A stretch of DNA of 64,000 nucleotides from Peribolospora baueri (Eukaryota), in NCBI GenBank assembly GCA_029717555.1, contig JAMDHS010000033.1:124001-188000 (forward strand), in the 5' to 3' direction. This document shows, piece after piece, positions 36,379 to 47,549 of the stretch. A program made the translations under genes and the position numbers. Positions within the stretch are counted from its first letter, which is position 1, and the number at the start of each line of letters is the position of its first letter. A model generated the notes under the pieces. The model was not told the DNA's origin. It saw nothing but the letters and a program-made list of their open reading frames with translations, and made no database searches.

Positions 36379-38075
36379 GCTTGCGTGCCGTGGTCAGCGA
36401 GGGGAGGGCGGAGGAGGTTGTCGGGGAGGTGCGCTTGCCCGAGGCTGCGCGTTTGCTCGAGGACGCACCTGGCGTTGAGTGCGCCAGACGCTCCTCGACG
36501 GCGAAGGATACGATGGCCTTGCTGCTGGGCTGCCTTGACCGCCGCGGGCTTTCGCAGCTCTCCGTCCGATAGTGGACGACGTGGGTGAACGTTCGCCAGC
36601 CGAAGTTGAGGTTCACTGTTCTGTTCTGTTCTGTTCTGTTCGTCGTGATCGTCCCGTCCCGTCCGGCCGTCGTTAGTCCAGGCTGAGCCGCCTTTCCACG
36701 TGGCCTCGCGAGTATGAAGAGCGTGGGAAGACCGCAGCATGGCCCTGGTCGATGACGTCCGTAGGCTGACTCGCGCCCTCCTCATCTTCACCACGGCCGA
36801 CGGTGGTGATCGTCTTTCTATTTCTTCTCTCGCTCCCGCCTGGCTCTCACCAGTGCCGTGTGAGGAGCCTAGTTGGGTCGAGGCGATCTGTAGAGAAACC
36901 GAGAGGCCCACTCGTTTGGGCCCTTATTTGAAAGCTTCCCGTGCCCTTTCGTCGCCATCGATAGTCACCCGTTTATATTCAGATGGGGAAAAATGTCTTT
37001 CGACGAAAGGTATATCGAGCTCACTACAGTGTATCGCTCGCTGAGCGGTGCGGCGCGGCGCCATGGACACCCAGCGTCTTACACGCCCGCTGCGTCCGGT
37101 ACGACAGCGCAGACGGGTGAGATGCCGATGAAGTACGGGGATCCTTGTGCACATCGTGTGTAAGATAAGGTCATGACAATGGTCAACACGGGGTTGGGTC
37201 GCCCTCCTGGGAGGTGGGCCCCTCGAACGCGGCCCCTCGAACGGCGAGGAGCAAGAGGATGCTGATGCTGGTGACTGGGACACAAAAACGCAGCGTGCCG
37301 CAGTCGGCTTACAACAGCACATTAAGTGCTTAAGAGGATATTAAATAAAGACCACATTAGAACCGCGGCCAGCTTGAGACTTCATGCCGGCGAGCTGCGG
37401 CAACGCATGAGGGCGGTCGGAGCGCCCGTGGCCGCCGCCGCCTTCCAAAGGCTCGTCGCTTCTTGCTTGGCCCACCTCAGCTTCGTCGTCCCACTCCTCC
37501 CATCCCACCAACACCACGCTCGTCGTCTATCTCGCCCCTGCTTCTCCCTTCTTCCTCCTCCCTCCCTCCCCCGTCGCAGCGGCCGAGTTCTTCCTCCGAC
37601 CCTGGCCGTCTCCCTCTCCTTCTTTGTCCCCCTCCGCTCACCGCCCAACCTCCGCCTACGCTGTTTCCCCCCACCCTACCGTCCACACCACTGTTCCTCT
37701 CTTCTTCGCCGCTCGCTCTGCGGAAGCTTGGATAGCTTGAGTTTCTTTCTTCTCTAGAAGGAAGGAGGAAAGGAGTCTGTCAGGGAGACAGCCCTTTTCC
37801 AGTTGTACTCCCCCTTCGCTCTTCGTGTCAAGGTGAGCGAGCGGTCCCACTCCCCAGTGGTCACACCAGGTCTGAGGCCGGGTGGGTCAGGCGGTCAGGA
37901 CCGAGTCGCTTATGCGGATGCTGTGACGTTTTGTCTGACGCCGCGCTGCATACCCCCACGGTCTTCACTGGATTCTCCCCCTGGAACGCACGGTTTCGCA
38001 ACCACCTCTAGTACTGTCTCCGACCCGTTCTACCATCTACGCGCCCCACCGCTTCCCTAGCCCAAGGTAGAGAGA

Positions 38076-38422
38076 ATGAACTCGCGCCCGCACAAGCAGT
38101 CTATGGCCGAGCTCAAGCTCCGCCGTCTCACCGAGCACAACCAGAGGCTTCGTGACGACTTGGAGCGGCCGAGGGTCCGCGTAGGCGAGGCTAGCGCCAA
38201 GTGAGTGCAGTAAGACTCCATGGTCCACGTCGCAGTGGCCACGGATACCTGACCTACTTTCCTCGTTCATCTTGTTTGCTCTGCGTGTGCTCGCCTCTCA
38301 GCCTGATCCGGTACTGCAAGACGACCAAAGACTACCTCGTGCCGTCCGTCTGGGGTCAGGTGGATCGGCGCGACGACCCGTACGCCCCTTCGGGCGGTGG
38401 ATGCACCTGCCTCGTCATGTAA
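38076..38422 (+). CDS. Heterotrimeric G-protein gamma subunit (fungal Gpg/Ste18-type), exons 38076-38200 and 38302-38422
   Basis: [60 protein letters not shown]...DPYAP...CTCLVM: a GGL domain with CaaX box and upstream Cys. A probable 5'UTR intron lies at 37833-38060 (GTGAGC...TAG). The six-frame track misses exon 1 and has only exon 2, as part of ORF 38201..38422. Confidence 0.93.
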
Positions 38423-38954
38423 ACGCCTGTATGGCGGCGCTCTCCTATGGGTGCGGTTTGTGGGCCGTCTCCACAGCCGCATATTCCATCTCTCTCTCTC
38501 TGCCCTCGCCTTCTCGGTACACACTGGCGCCAACGGGGAGCCCTCGTTCGTCTGCCTGCGCGCTCGTGTACCTTGTCGTCTCGTCTACCGTCCCCGTCCG
38601 CATTCGTTCCTCTCTTCCTTCTTCTTCGACCCACCCGGCCACCCACCCACTCACACTCCTTGACCCCTTCTCGCTGGCCGGACCGCCCGTCTCGATTCTT
38701 TCTGTCATTCCCCCCTTCCTCCCCGCGCGTATCCTATCCCCCCTCTTTCCCTTGGTTCCCGTCTCCTTCTTGATACCGCGGCACCCGTGGCGGGTCCCAT
38801 GTAAAGCGCATCCGTTCCCAACTCCACTCCATTGCTCGCCTCGGTCTGGATTGGCCTGCGATCCCGTTTTTTCGACTTGATATCTTATCTCGTCTTGTCT
38901 CGTCTCGTCCCGTCTTGTTGGACTGATATGATTGTATCGTCTGACCGACGGATT

Positions 38955-39055
38955 GCCTGACTCGCTCATGGACTGGCTCGTGGACTGGCTCATGGACTGA
39001 TGTGATGGACTGATGGACTGACCGATTGACCAACCGACTGACGATGGACCGACTC
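38955..39055. repeat. Imperfect 12-nt tandem repeat (GACTGGCTCRTG) and GACT/GACC/GATG tetramer array
   Basis: ctcatggactggctcgtggactggctcatggactgatgtgatggactgatggactgaccgattgacc read directly. Confidence 0.75.
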
Positions 39056-40759
39056 GCAGAGACCCGGCCAGCCCAACCTAACCTGGTCACCCGCCATGAT
39101 CGAGCTGCGGTGGTGGTCGAGTAGCGCGACGGGGTTGGGATAGGAGGACATAGGCCGCCTACGTTCGCTCGTCCCTCCACGTCCCACCGATTGATTGCGA
39201 TTTGTCTCTCCTCCATTTTCCTCAATTCTCATTTCTCAGCCATCGCTCGCTGCGTCCTTCGTCGCCGCCTTGGCCCACGTGCATCATCGCCCTCGCCCCT
39301 CTTCAGGCGGCACGTAGCGCTGACAACTTTCCGGCGTGTGTGAGCTCTGAGGTGCGCTCGCCGGCCAGCCGTCGTACGTCGTAAGCGGGTCGCCGTCGCT
39401 CCTATCCGACCTCTCCATCTTGAACCTCCATCTCCATCTCTTCGTCTCCATCTTTATCGTCTCCCTCTTCAACTCGAACTCGAACTCGAACTCCGTCCTC
39501 CTCCTCTTCCTCCCTTGCTCGCATCGCTCTTCGCCTCCGCCCCAGCGGTCCCCCACGCCCCAAGCCCTCCGTCCTCCCCCCTCGCCCTCGCCACCCCCGA
39601 CTACATCACCGATAACGCTCCTCCCACAGTCTCCCTTCGGCCACCCCATCGCTCGTCAAGCCAGCTCGCCGCCCTTCACCGGGTCGAGTCGAGGCAAGGC
39701 GTCTCGAGCCCTTTGACTTTGACGTCGTCCGGCCAACCCCCACTCTTTCCCATCAACCGCTCAAGCATCACACCACGTTTGCTCGCCCCGGGCCCCTCGA
39801 GAGCCCATCGTCCTCCCCGCCCATTACCCCCTACCCCTACCACAGGCCTCCCGGCCCGACCCTCGAGTAAGCCGGCCAAGCTGTCCCACCAACGCAATCA
39901 CCATCTCTTCCCCTCCCCCTTTTCCGTTTCGTCTTTCGGGACATTCTCTACACAACCTCCCCAATCCGACCCTCAAGGCACCAGCAGAGAGCACGACCCA
40001 GGCCAGCCTCTCACCGCCGCCGCCGCCCCCCCTTCTCTTCCTCCTTCTTCCCCCTCTCTTTCGACCGCGCTGTCCTCCTCGGGCACGCCCCTTTTCGCAC
40101 ATCCTTCAGCCCCTTTGAATTCGCTTTCGCTCTCGTTTTCAGTCTCCACCGCTCCCTCTTCCCTTGTCGCCCCCTCCTTCCGCCCTCGCTCATCCGCCAC
40201 CGCCACGACCGGCCCAGGCCTGCTGCCCACCACCACCACCACCGCCGCCACCGCCGCCACCATCGCCACCACGCGCCGACAGCCTGCGGTGCCGATCACC
40301 TCTCCCTCTTACGGCTTTCGCGGCGTTCGTAGACCTCGCTCACCGTCCCCCGTTCCATCTACCACCACCGCCACCCCCCGCCCTTCTCGTCCCGGTCGTC
40401 CCCATCGCTCCGCTTCCGATTCCGCCGTCTCGTTCTCCGCGACCTCCTCCTCTTCTCCTTCCGTCGAAACCCCGTCGCCGGAAGACGAGGATCCTCCTCG
40501 GAAGCGCCAGAGGACGCATTCCCCGTCCACCTCCTCCTCGCCGGTAGAGGCGCCCTCACCGGCATCGGCTCTGTGGTCTCACACGCCCTCCGAAGGCCTT
40601 TACAACTTCCCTCGTCCTTCTGCCTCTGCGGGCTCCAGTTCAACTTTGACCGGAGCAGCGTCTGCGCACTCTAGTCGACAAGGGAGCGCGTCCATAGAGA
40701 CCTTGGTGGAGGTAGCAGACGAAGGTCAGGAAGGTAACAGTACTAGCGGCAGTGGTACC

Positions 40760-43700
40760 ATGCACGCCTCGGCGAGGACCGACTCCAACCCTGTTGCCAG
40801 GAGCGGGCTAGCCATCGCACTCGGCACGAACGGGTTTTCCGGCGGTGGTGGTTCGGTTCAGAATGACGCCGGCACCGGCGTCAACGGCTCGGACGGCGGG
40901 AACGGCAACAGCACCGCACACATCAATGGCTCTTCCGGCTTGTCCTCTTCTATAGATCCTGGCGCTGGCGACGCCAGAGAGCGCTCCAACGGCGCCCATC
41001 GCCGCGGCGACGAAGACGAGGACGATGAGGACGGAGAGGGCGGCGGCGACGGCGACGGCGGCGGCGGAGGCGCTTCCTCCTCTCCTTCTGCCGGGTTCAT
41101 CGAAGTTTGGGAGGGGACGGGCGTGTCTAGGGAAGAGTTTGTTAGACTCACTTTACAGAGTTTGAGGGATGCTGGGTATTCGTAAGTTTTCTTTCCTCCT
41201 TCCCCACCGTGTGCTTCTCTTTTGGTCATCTCATCGTCGAGTGGGCGTTGGAAACCTGACTGAGCGGTCGGCGTCCGCACTTCCCTTCCATAGACACGCG
41301 GCTCAAGCTCTCGAAGCCGAGTCGGGTTATGCTCTCGAGCACCCTTCCATCTCCGCCTTTCGATCAGCCGTGCTCGCCGGAGATTGGAAAGCCGCTGAAC
41401 GGCTGTTGGTCGACGGATTAAGGAGTGTTGCGGTATCGATGGGCGTTCCCGTCGAGAGCGTCATGCGTGGAGAAGGGTCGAAGAGCCTTGAGGTGAGCCA
41501 TCGATGCGGTTCGACGTGACGGTCGTTCGTCCTTCGATTCACGAATGCTCCCTTTGACGGCCAACCACTTCGTCTCTGCGTCTATCCCCGACCAACGGCA
41601 GGCCGTCAAGTTCCTCATTCAACAACAGCGGTACCTCGAGCTTCTCGAGGCCCGGCAAACGAAGAAGGCCCTCTCGGTGCTCCGAGACGAACTGACTCCG
41701 CTCCAGTTTGGCTCAGAAAGGGTCCACCTACTGTCCAGTCTCATCATGTGTGCCTCTCCCGAGGAGATCAAGGCCAAGGCGAAATGGGACGGGGCAAAGG
41801 GCGAGTCGCGCAGAAGACTGCTGAAGGACGTTGAAGGTGAGAAGTCGCATGTCTTCAAGCCTAGAGGCTACCGCCGTTGTCCGCTCATGCGTCTCGGGAC
41901 TTTTTTGCTCCTCACTCCAGACGCCATTTCCCCATCCGTACTCCTCCCTTCCCGACGCCTCCCCACCCTTCTCCACCAAGCCCAAACCTACCAGGCACAC
42001 CAGTGTGTCTACCACAATCTCCCCTCCAGCGCGTTCATCTCCCTCTATAACGACCATCGCTGCGATCGCTCCCGCTTTCCCACCGAGACCAAGCAGGTCT
42101 TGACTGGCCATGATGACGAGGTCTGGGATATCGAGTACTCGCACGATGGCAGAAGGTTGGCTTCGTGCGGTAAGGACATGCACATCCTCATTTACCGTAC
42201 CGGGGTGAGTTGTTCTCGCCGCGCGTCTTTGCTCCTCCTCCGGGATCGCTTTCTCCGTCTAGTTTCGATAATGCTGATTGGCCCTCCTTCCGTTTATTAC
42301 GTCGCGCGTCCGTTGACCCAGCCGGGAGAATACGAGTTGGAGCGAAAGCTCGGACCGTGTCCTTATGCGGTCGGCTGCGTGGCATGGTCTCCCGACGACA
42401 GATATTTGCTCTCGTCGGCCGAGGAGGAGATTCGCATGTGGGATGTGCAGGTGAATTGTCTCTTTCTTTGTCTTTTTGTTGCCTTTGCACATGATTCGCT
42501 CGTCTTTCACTCTGGGGTCGTCGCTTGCTGACGCCCCGTCGCGTATTTGCTCTTCTCCTGTCCGGACTCTGCCGACAGACCGGCAGAGTCGTGCTCGAGT
42601 GCAAGGAGCACGAGTTCGAAATCGGCTCGGTGGCCTGGTTGCCGGATGGCTCAGGCTTCGTCTCCGGCGGCATGGACCGTAAGCTGATTTTCTGGGTGTG
42701 TACACACTCGGCGCCTAGGCTGACGTGGTGGAAACGAAGGTCGTCGATGCGTCACCCTGCTGATCTCCCTATCCTTCGCTCGCCGTATGTATTCTTCTTT
42801 TTAGACCCTCAGCGGCGACGTGACCCACACCTGGGACACGGATCCCTACAGGATCGAGGCGTTCGCCGTCGCCCCCAACGGGAAGCACATTGTCGCCGCA
42901 GGCTTCCAAATCGTCCCTTCGAACATGCCGGGCCATGGACGAAGGCAGAGCTCAGACGGGAGCAACGGCGGTGCAGCGGCGGCGACCACGGGCACGGCAC
43001 CCGGGTCCTCGTTTTTCTCCCATCAGGTCCATTCCACCGGCAGCGCTACAGCCAGTCCCGTCTCGTCGATCCTCCTCGGAGGAAGTGGCGTCGGCGGGCC
43101 CTCTCCTCCGTCCAACGTCGCCGCCCCTGGTGCTCGGAACGTCGCTTCGACGAGCGGCGCGACCGTGGCTGGCAGGACGTCGGAGATGGTGTTGAAGAGA
43201 CTGTTCTTTTACGACGTGGAAAAGAAGAAGGAGTTGGGGTTAGTGAGCCGGATCGCATCGTTTGGGCAGCGGGGCCCAGCTCACCGTTGTCCACTTTTTT
43301 GCTCACCTGCCCGGATGACGTTTCGTTCGTTCGTTCCGCACAGCGCGATCGACATGCCGGAACGGATGACGAATGTGACCATATCGGACGACTCGAAGCA
43401 GGCGCTCATCAACAACGTGCCCAATGTGCGTACATCTGTTCGCTTTTCGCTTGTCGCCGGTCACTCTAATGTTCGCCGTGTCTACCTTTGCTTTGCTTGG
43501 CTTTGGTTTCGAAGGAGGTACACCTGTGGAACATCGAGGAACAGACGCTTGTGCGTAGATACACTGGTCAGCGACAACACCGGCAGATCATTCGGAGCTG
43601 TTTCGGAGGAGCGATCAAGAGCTTTGTCGCCAGCGGGAGCGAGGGTGAGTGGCTGATGCGGGGACGGGTTCGAGCCCTGGTTGCCAGGAAGCGAGGCTTC

Positions 43701-44059
43701 GGTTCTGGCGAGCCGACTCGAAAAAACGTTTTTTTTTTAACGCCATGCCACGCGCAGACGGCAAGGTGTACATCTGGCACCGCCACTCAGGGCAACTGCT
43801 CGAAGCGCTCTCCGGTGACCGCCATGGATGCGTCAACGCCGTGTCCTGGTCCCCGACCGATCCGGGCGCGTTCGCCAGCGCTTCGGACGATCACACGGTG
43901 CGAATTTGGGGACCGCCGGCTGCGTCAATGGCGGCCGGTTCGGCGTCGTCTGCGACGGGCTCTTCGATGGTCGACTACTATGAGGAGAGCCAGGAGGGAG
44001 GGGCGACGGATATGGCGATCGAGGAGGCAGACGGGGCGGGTGGGGCGCTGGTGCTCTAG
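40760..44059 (+). CDS. GID7: WDR26/Gid7 subunit of the GID/CTLH E3 ligase (LisH-CTLH-WD40); first ATG is 40760 but the frame is open from 39344
   Basis: LisH VSREEFVRLTLQSLRDAGYSHAAQALEAESG; CTLH FRSAVLAGDW...KFLIQQQRYLELLE...ALSVLRDELTPL; AKWDGAKGESRRRLL; LPSRRLPTLLHQA; WD repeats (GHDDEVW, FVASGSEDGKVYIWH, VNAVSWSP, FASASDDHTVRIW). Confidence 0.9.
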
Positions 44060-44483
44060 TCGGTCGTCTTTTTCCTTTTGCCCTCCCACTTTCCGCCCCA
44101 TCGCACTTCCTTTCTATCTATCTTTTCCCTCTTTTTCGTCTTCGCTTCACATGATACACCGTCGTGATCCCACTCACTCGTTTGCCTACTAGTTCTCGTC
44201 CATTCATTTCTTCGATTTGTCCCTTCGTTCGCCCATCATTCGTCCGTCCGTCTGTCCGTCCATCTGTTCGTCGATCGGTCCATCCCATCCATGCGCGTCT
44301 TCATCGGTCACGTCACGTCGTCCGCCACAACTGTATTCTGTCTTGGTCTCCACCCGCCTCTCCATCCCGTCCTGTCCTGTCCTGTCCTTGTCCCTCTGCC
44401 CTCTTTTCCCCCAGGGCGGTTCGGACCGGCCGAGGCGTCGTCGCTCCTTGCTCCTCATCCCCTCTCATCCCCTCTCATCCATC

Positions 44484-44518
44484 CATCCCATCCCATCCCA
44501 TCCCATCCCATCCCATCC
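44484..44518. repeat. (CATCC)n microsatellite in the WDR26 3' region
   Basis: About 7 perfect CATCC units read directly. Confidence 0.9.
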
Positions 44519-45713
44519 AATACAATCCTACGTCACAATTTCTTTTTATCGTCCTGTCTGTTGTCGTCTCCATGTCTTGAAGTTTACCTACCCTGTACAC
44601 ACAGTCCGAATCTACATGCTGTCTCTGAGATTTTGTTTCTCCTTTCCCTTGACACTCGATCTCGATCTCGTCGTTCCTTGCGCACGTACGTCCTTGAGTA
44701 CCACACCACGACTAGGACTAGGGTCGCAGGCCGTGAATGCGACTCTGAATGAACGATCTAGCTCGAAGAGGGAACTCTGTTCATACGCGATCCGAGAAGA
44801 AGAGGAGGAGGCCCATCCGAGGCAGTCAGTGGGCAGGGATGCGATGGCACCGGTACCGTCTCCGTCCGTCAAAGTCATCGAGAGACCCGGACGAGGTCGG
44901 AGGGACGGCGCAGATGGGGCAGAGTTGGGTTCCGTTCCGTTTCAGCTCTCACACCTCGCCGCGCCCTCCCCCTTCCTTTCCTTTCCCTTCCCTTTCCTTC
45001 CCTTCCCTTCCACGCCCGCTTTTGCTAGCCGCGCTCGACCCGGTCGTTCGCGTTCTTTCGTCCGTCGCAGCGTCGTGTCTCGCCGCAAAGGTTGTTCGAC
45101 ACGTTCGGGTATTTTAATCTCTCTGCACGTGGCCCATGCGAATGCGTGCGCTCTCTTCCGGCCGATGGACCGGACATATGCGGCCACTAGCGGACCTACC
45201 TCGCTTTGCTAGCTTGGACTACCGCGTGCCCAACGGGCTGCCGCTACGCTTTCGCCGTCGTCTACTTACGCTCCGCCACTAATAGAAATAATGCACATTA
45301 CGGCTGCCACCGCAGCAGTCGCAGTAGCCGTCGCCGCCGCAGCAGGCGCCAGCGAGCGAAACCTCCAAGCGGTGGGTGCCGCAGTCGAAGCCGCCGCAGC
45401 CATCCCGGCGCATCGTCCAACGCACCTCGCTCTTCCTCCTCGCCTCGCCGCCGCCGCCCAAGCCGCTGCCGCCCAAGCCAAGTCCGTCCGTAGTCGTCGC
45501 TCTTCTTCTTTCTCCCCCTCCTTCTCCCTCGACCACTCTTCTTTCTTCTTCTCATATCCTCCCTCGCTCTTCTCTCCTCTACACACTCTCCCTTCTCCTT
45601 CCTGTCTGACCCCCTTCCCTCTTCTTCCCTCCCGCCAGCCAGCACAGCACCTTCCCTCTTCGCACGGTCCTCTTCCAGGTCCTTTGCTGCCAACGAGGCC
45701 AGGCCAAGCCAGG

Positions 45714-45802
45714 TGCTTGCTCGCTTGCTTGCTTGCGTGCTTGCTTGCTTGCTTGCTTGCGTGCTTGCTTGCTTGCTTGCTTGCTCGCTCGCTCGCTCGC
45801 TC
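45714..45802. repeat. (GCTT)n/(GCTC)n tetranucleotide microsatellite
   Basis: About 22 units with occasional GCGT variants, read directly. Confidence 0.92.
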
Positions 45803-45956
45803 GTCTCCGTCCACGTCCACGTCCCCCTTCTTCCCCTTCTCCTCTCTCTTCTCCCTCCTCTCTCCCCCACCTCTCCTCCTTTCCCCCCGCCTCTCCCTCG
45901 TCTGACTCCCACCCGCCCTTCGTCACCCGGACCCGACTCGCATCTCCCCCGCTGCG

Positions 45957-47549
45957 ATGCCGGTCTGGGATTCCGTAAGGTCCAAGTTGCGGCCCTCGGC
46001 CACCGCGGACGAGTCCAAGTCAGCCGCCGGCGACGCTGGTGATGCCGCCGCCCCTTCTCATCCGCCCACCAGCTTCCGCGCCCGATCCACCTCCGAAGGC
46101 TCCCACGCTGACGCCATCTCCAGCCTTCGCAGTCGTGCTTCCACCAAGACGCTCTCTAGTTACATCAGGAGCAAGGGCAAGCGTCAGAGCCTCCATGCTT
46201 CCGCCGCCGCCCACTCCAAGAGGACCGCCTCCCGCGGCTCCTCCGTCAATGACGTCGGCTCTCCCACTCTCCTCGACACCACCTTGCCCGCCGTGAGCCA
46301 GGAAGGCGCCGGCCTCCTCGCCTCGCCCACGAGCTTGCCCCCTACGGCCTCCTCCGTCAGACCCTCCGAGCTCTTCGCCGGAAAGGCCAGGGCTTGGGGC
46401 GACGTCGCCGATCATCGCCCCGGAGGCAAGGACTCCACCGCCCCGCTTCGCAAGCAGGACGACTTCCAGTCCTTCCTCAAGAGCCGCCGCAACCTCTTCC
46501 CCACCTTCCGCCTGGAAGAGCAGGCCTCCCTTGAAGCGGACGGATCGTCGGCCGCCGGAGACGGCTCTGGCGCCGGCGGCGCCAACGGACTCGGCCTCGA
46601 CCAGTACGGTCTCAACCAGGACGGAGCGATGGGGACCGATCGTTCGGCCACCGCCGCTGCCGCTGGCGGTATCATGAGCCTGAAGGACCTCGAGGAGCGC
46701 CACACGCGCAAGGCCGCGCTTCTCGACCAGGGCGGCTTCGACACCGCGTCCCTCGGTTTCGGCTCCAAGTCCCCCGCCGCCCTCGCTCCCACGCTCAGCG
46801 CAGAGTCGCCGTCTCCGTCCGCTGGGACGCCCGCGGGCGGCAAGGGCACCGGGGGCGGACTGGGCCGCTGGCGTCTGCTTAGCGAGGGAGACCTGCTCTC
46901 GCCTGGAAAGCCGTCAAGGCTCGAGACGCCCCAAAAGAAGGATCCTGCCGGTTCTCCGAGCAAGTGGAGCCCGAGCGGAAAGCGGAGCAGTTGGCTAAAC
47001 ATCGGAAAGAGCGACAAGCGGTCCGTCTCCGGGGAGGAACCGAGGACCAAGCCGCAGGCCAAGGTCGCCAACGGAGCCGGCGCAGGTACGGGCGAACCGG
47101 CCCAGCTCAGGACGTCCATCTCGCGCAAGCCCGTTCCCCAGCTTGACGATGAATTGGCGGAGGCGGCCCCGCCCGCGGAGGAGCGGAAGGAGGAGGCGAA
47201 AGAGGAGGAGAAGAAGGAGGAGGAGGCGAAAGAGGAGGAGAAGAAGGAGGAGGCTGCTGCCCCTGTCCCTGCTACGGAGGAGGAGGTCCCGGAAGTTCAG
47301 GAGGAGAAAGAGGTCGCCCCCACGCAGTCGGAGGAGGCTGCGAAGGAGAACGGCCAGGTGGAGCAGGGTCAGGAGCACGAGGCCGAGGCCGAGGCGGGCA
47401 AGGAGGAGGTCGAGGTCGTGGCTCCCGCTTCGACAGCGCAGGATGAGGTGCCCAGCACGGCGGACGCCACGACTGAAGAGACCTCGGCCGAGGCGCCGGA
47501 AGACGTGAAGAAGACGGACGAGCAGGAGGCGCGACAAGCCACGGCATGA
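45957..47549 (+). CDS. Hypothetical 530-aa intronless low-complexity protein (Ser/Ala/Gly-rich N half, Glu/Lys/Ala-rich C tail)
   Basis: Long ATG-initiated ORF with strong C/G third-position bias. Short ordered-looking islands (VRPSELFAGKARAWGDV, DFQSFLKSRRNLFPTFRLEE, IMSLKDLEERH). No family recognised. Confidence 0.75.
   Translation: MPVWDSVRSKLRPSATADESKSAAGDAGDAAAPSHPPTSFRARSTSEGSHADAISSLRSRASTKTLSSYIRSKGKRQSLHASAAAHSKRTASRGSSVNDVGSPTLLDTTLPAVSQEGAGLLASPTSLPPTASSVRPSELFAGKARAWGDVADHRPGGKDSTAPLRKQDDFQSFLKSRRNLFPTFRLEEQASLEADGSSAAGDGSGAGGANGLGLDQYGLNQDGAMGTDRSATAAAAGGIMSLKDLEERHTRKAALLDQGGFDTASLGFGSKSPAALAPTLSAESPSPSAGTPAGGKGTGGGLGRWRLLSEGDLLSPGKPSRLETPQKKDPAGSPSKWSPSGKRSSWLNIGKSDKRSVSGEEPRTKPQAKVANGAGAGTGEPAQLRTSISRKPVPQLDDELAEAAPPAEERKEEAKEEEKKEEEAKEEEKKEEAAAPVPATEEEVPEVQEEKEVAPTQSEEAAKENGQVEQGQEHEAEAEAGKEEVEVVAPASTAQDEVPSTADATTEETSAEAPEDVKKTDEQEARQATA

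Noticed and set aside
38955..39055. Short periodic repeats as a CRISPR-like array
   Set aside because: There are no unique spacers and the context is eukaryotic; this is a degenerate minisatellite.
43655..43700. tRNA T-arm / B-box-like GGGTTCGAGCCC followed by TTGCCA in a WDR26 intron
   Set aside because: No D-arm, anticodon arm or matching acceptor stem could be built.
45266..46042. Overlapping ORFs with (LLAC)n or (ASKQ)n peptides
   Set aside because: They are by-products of the (GCTT)n microsatellite, which has no stop codons in these frames.
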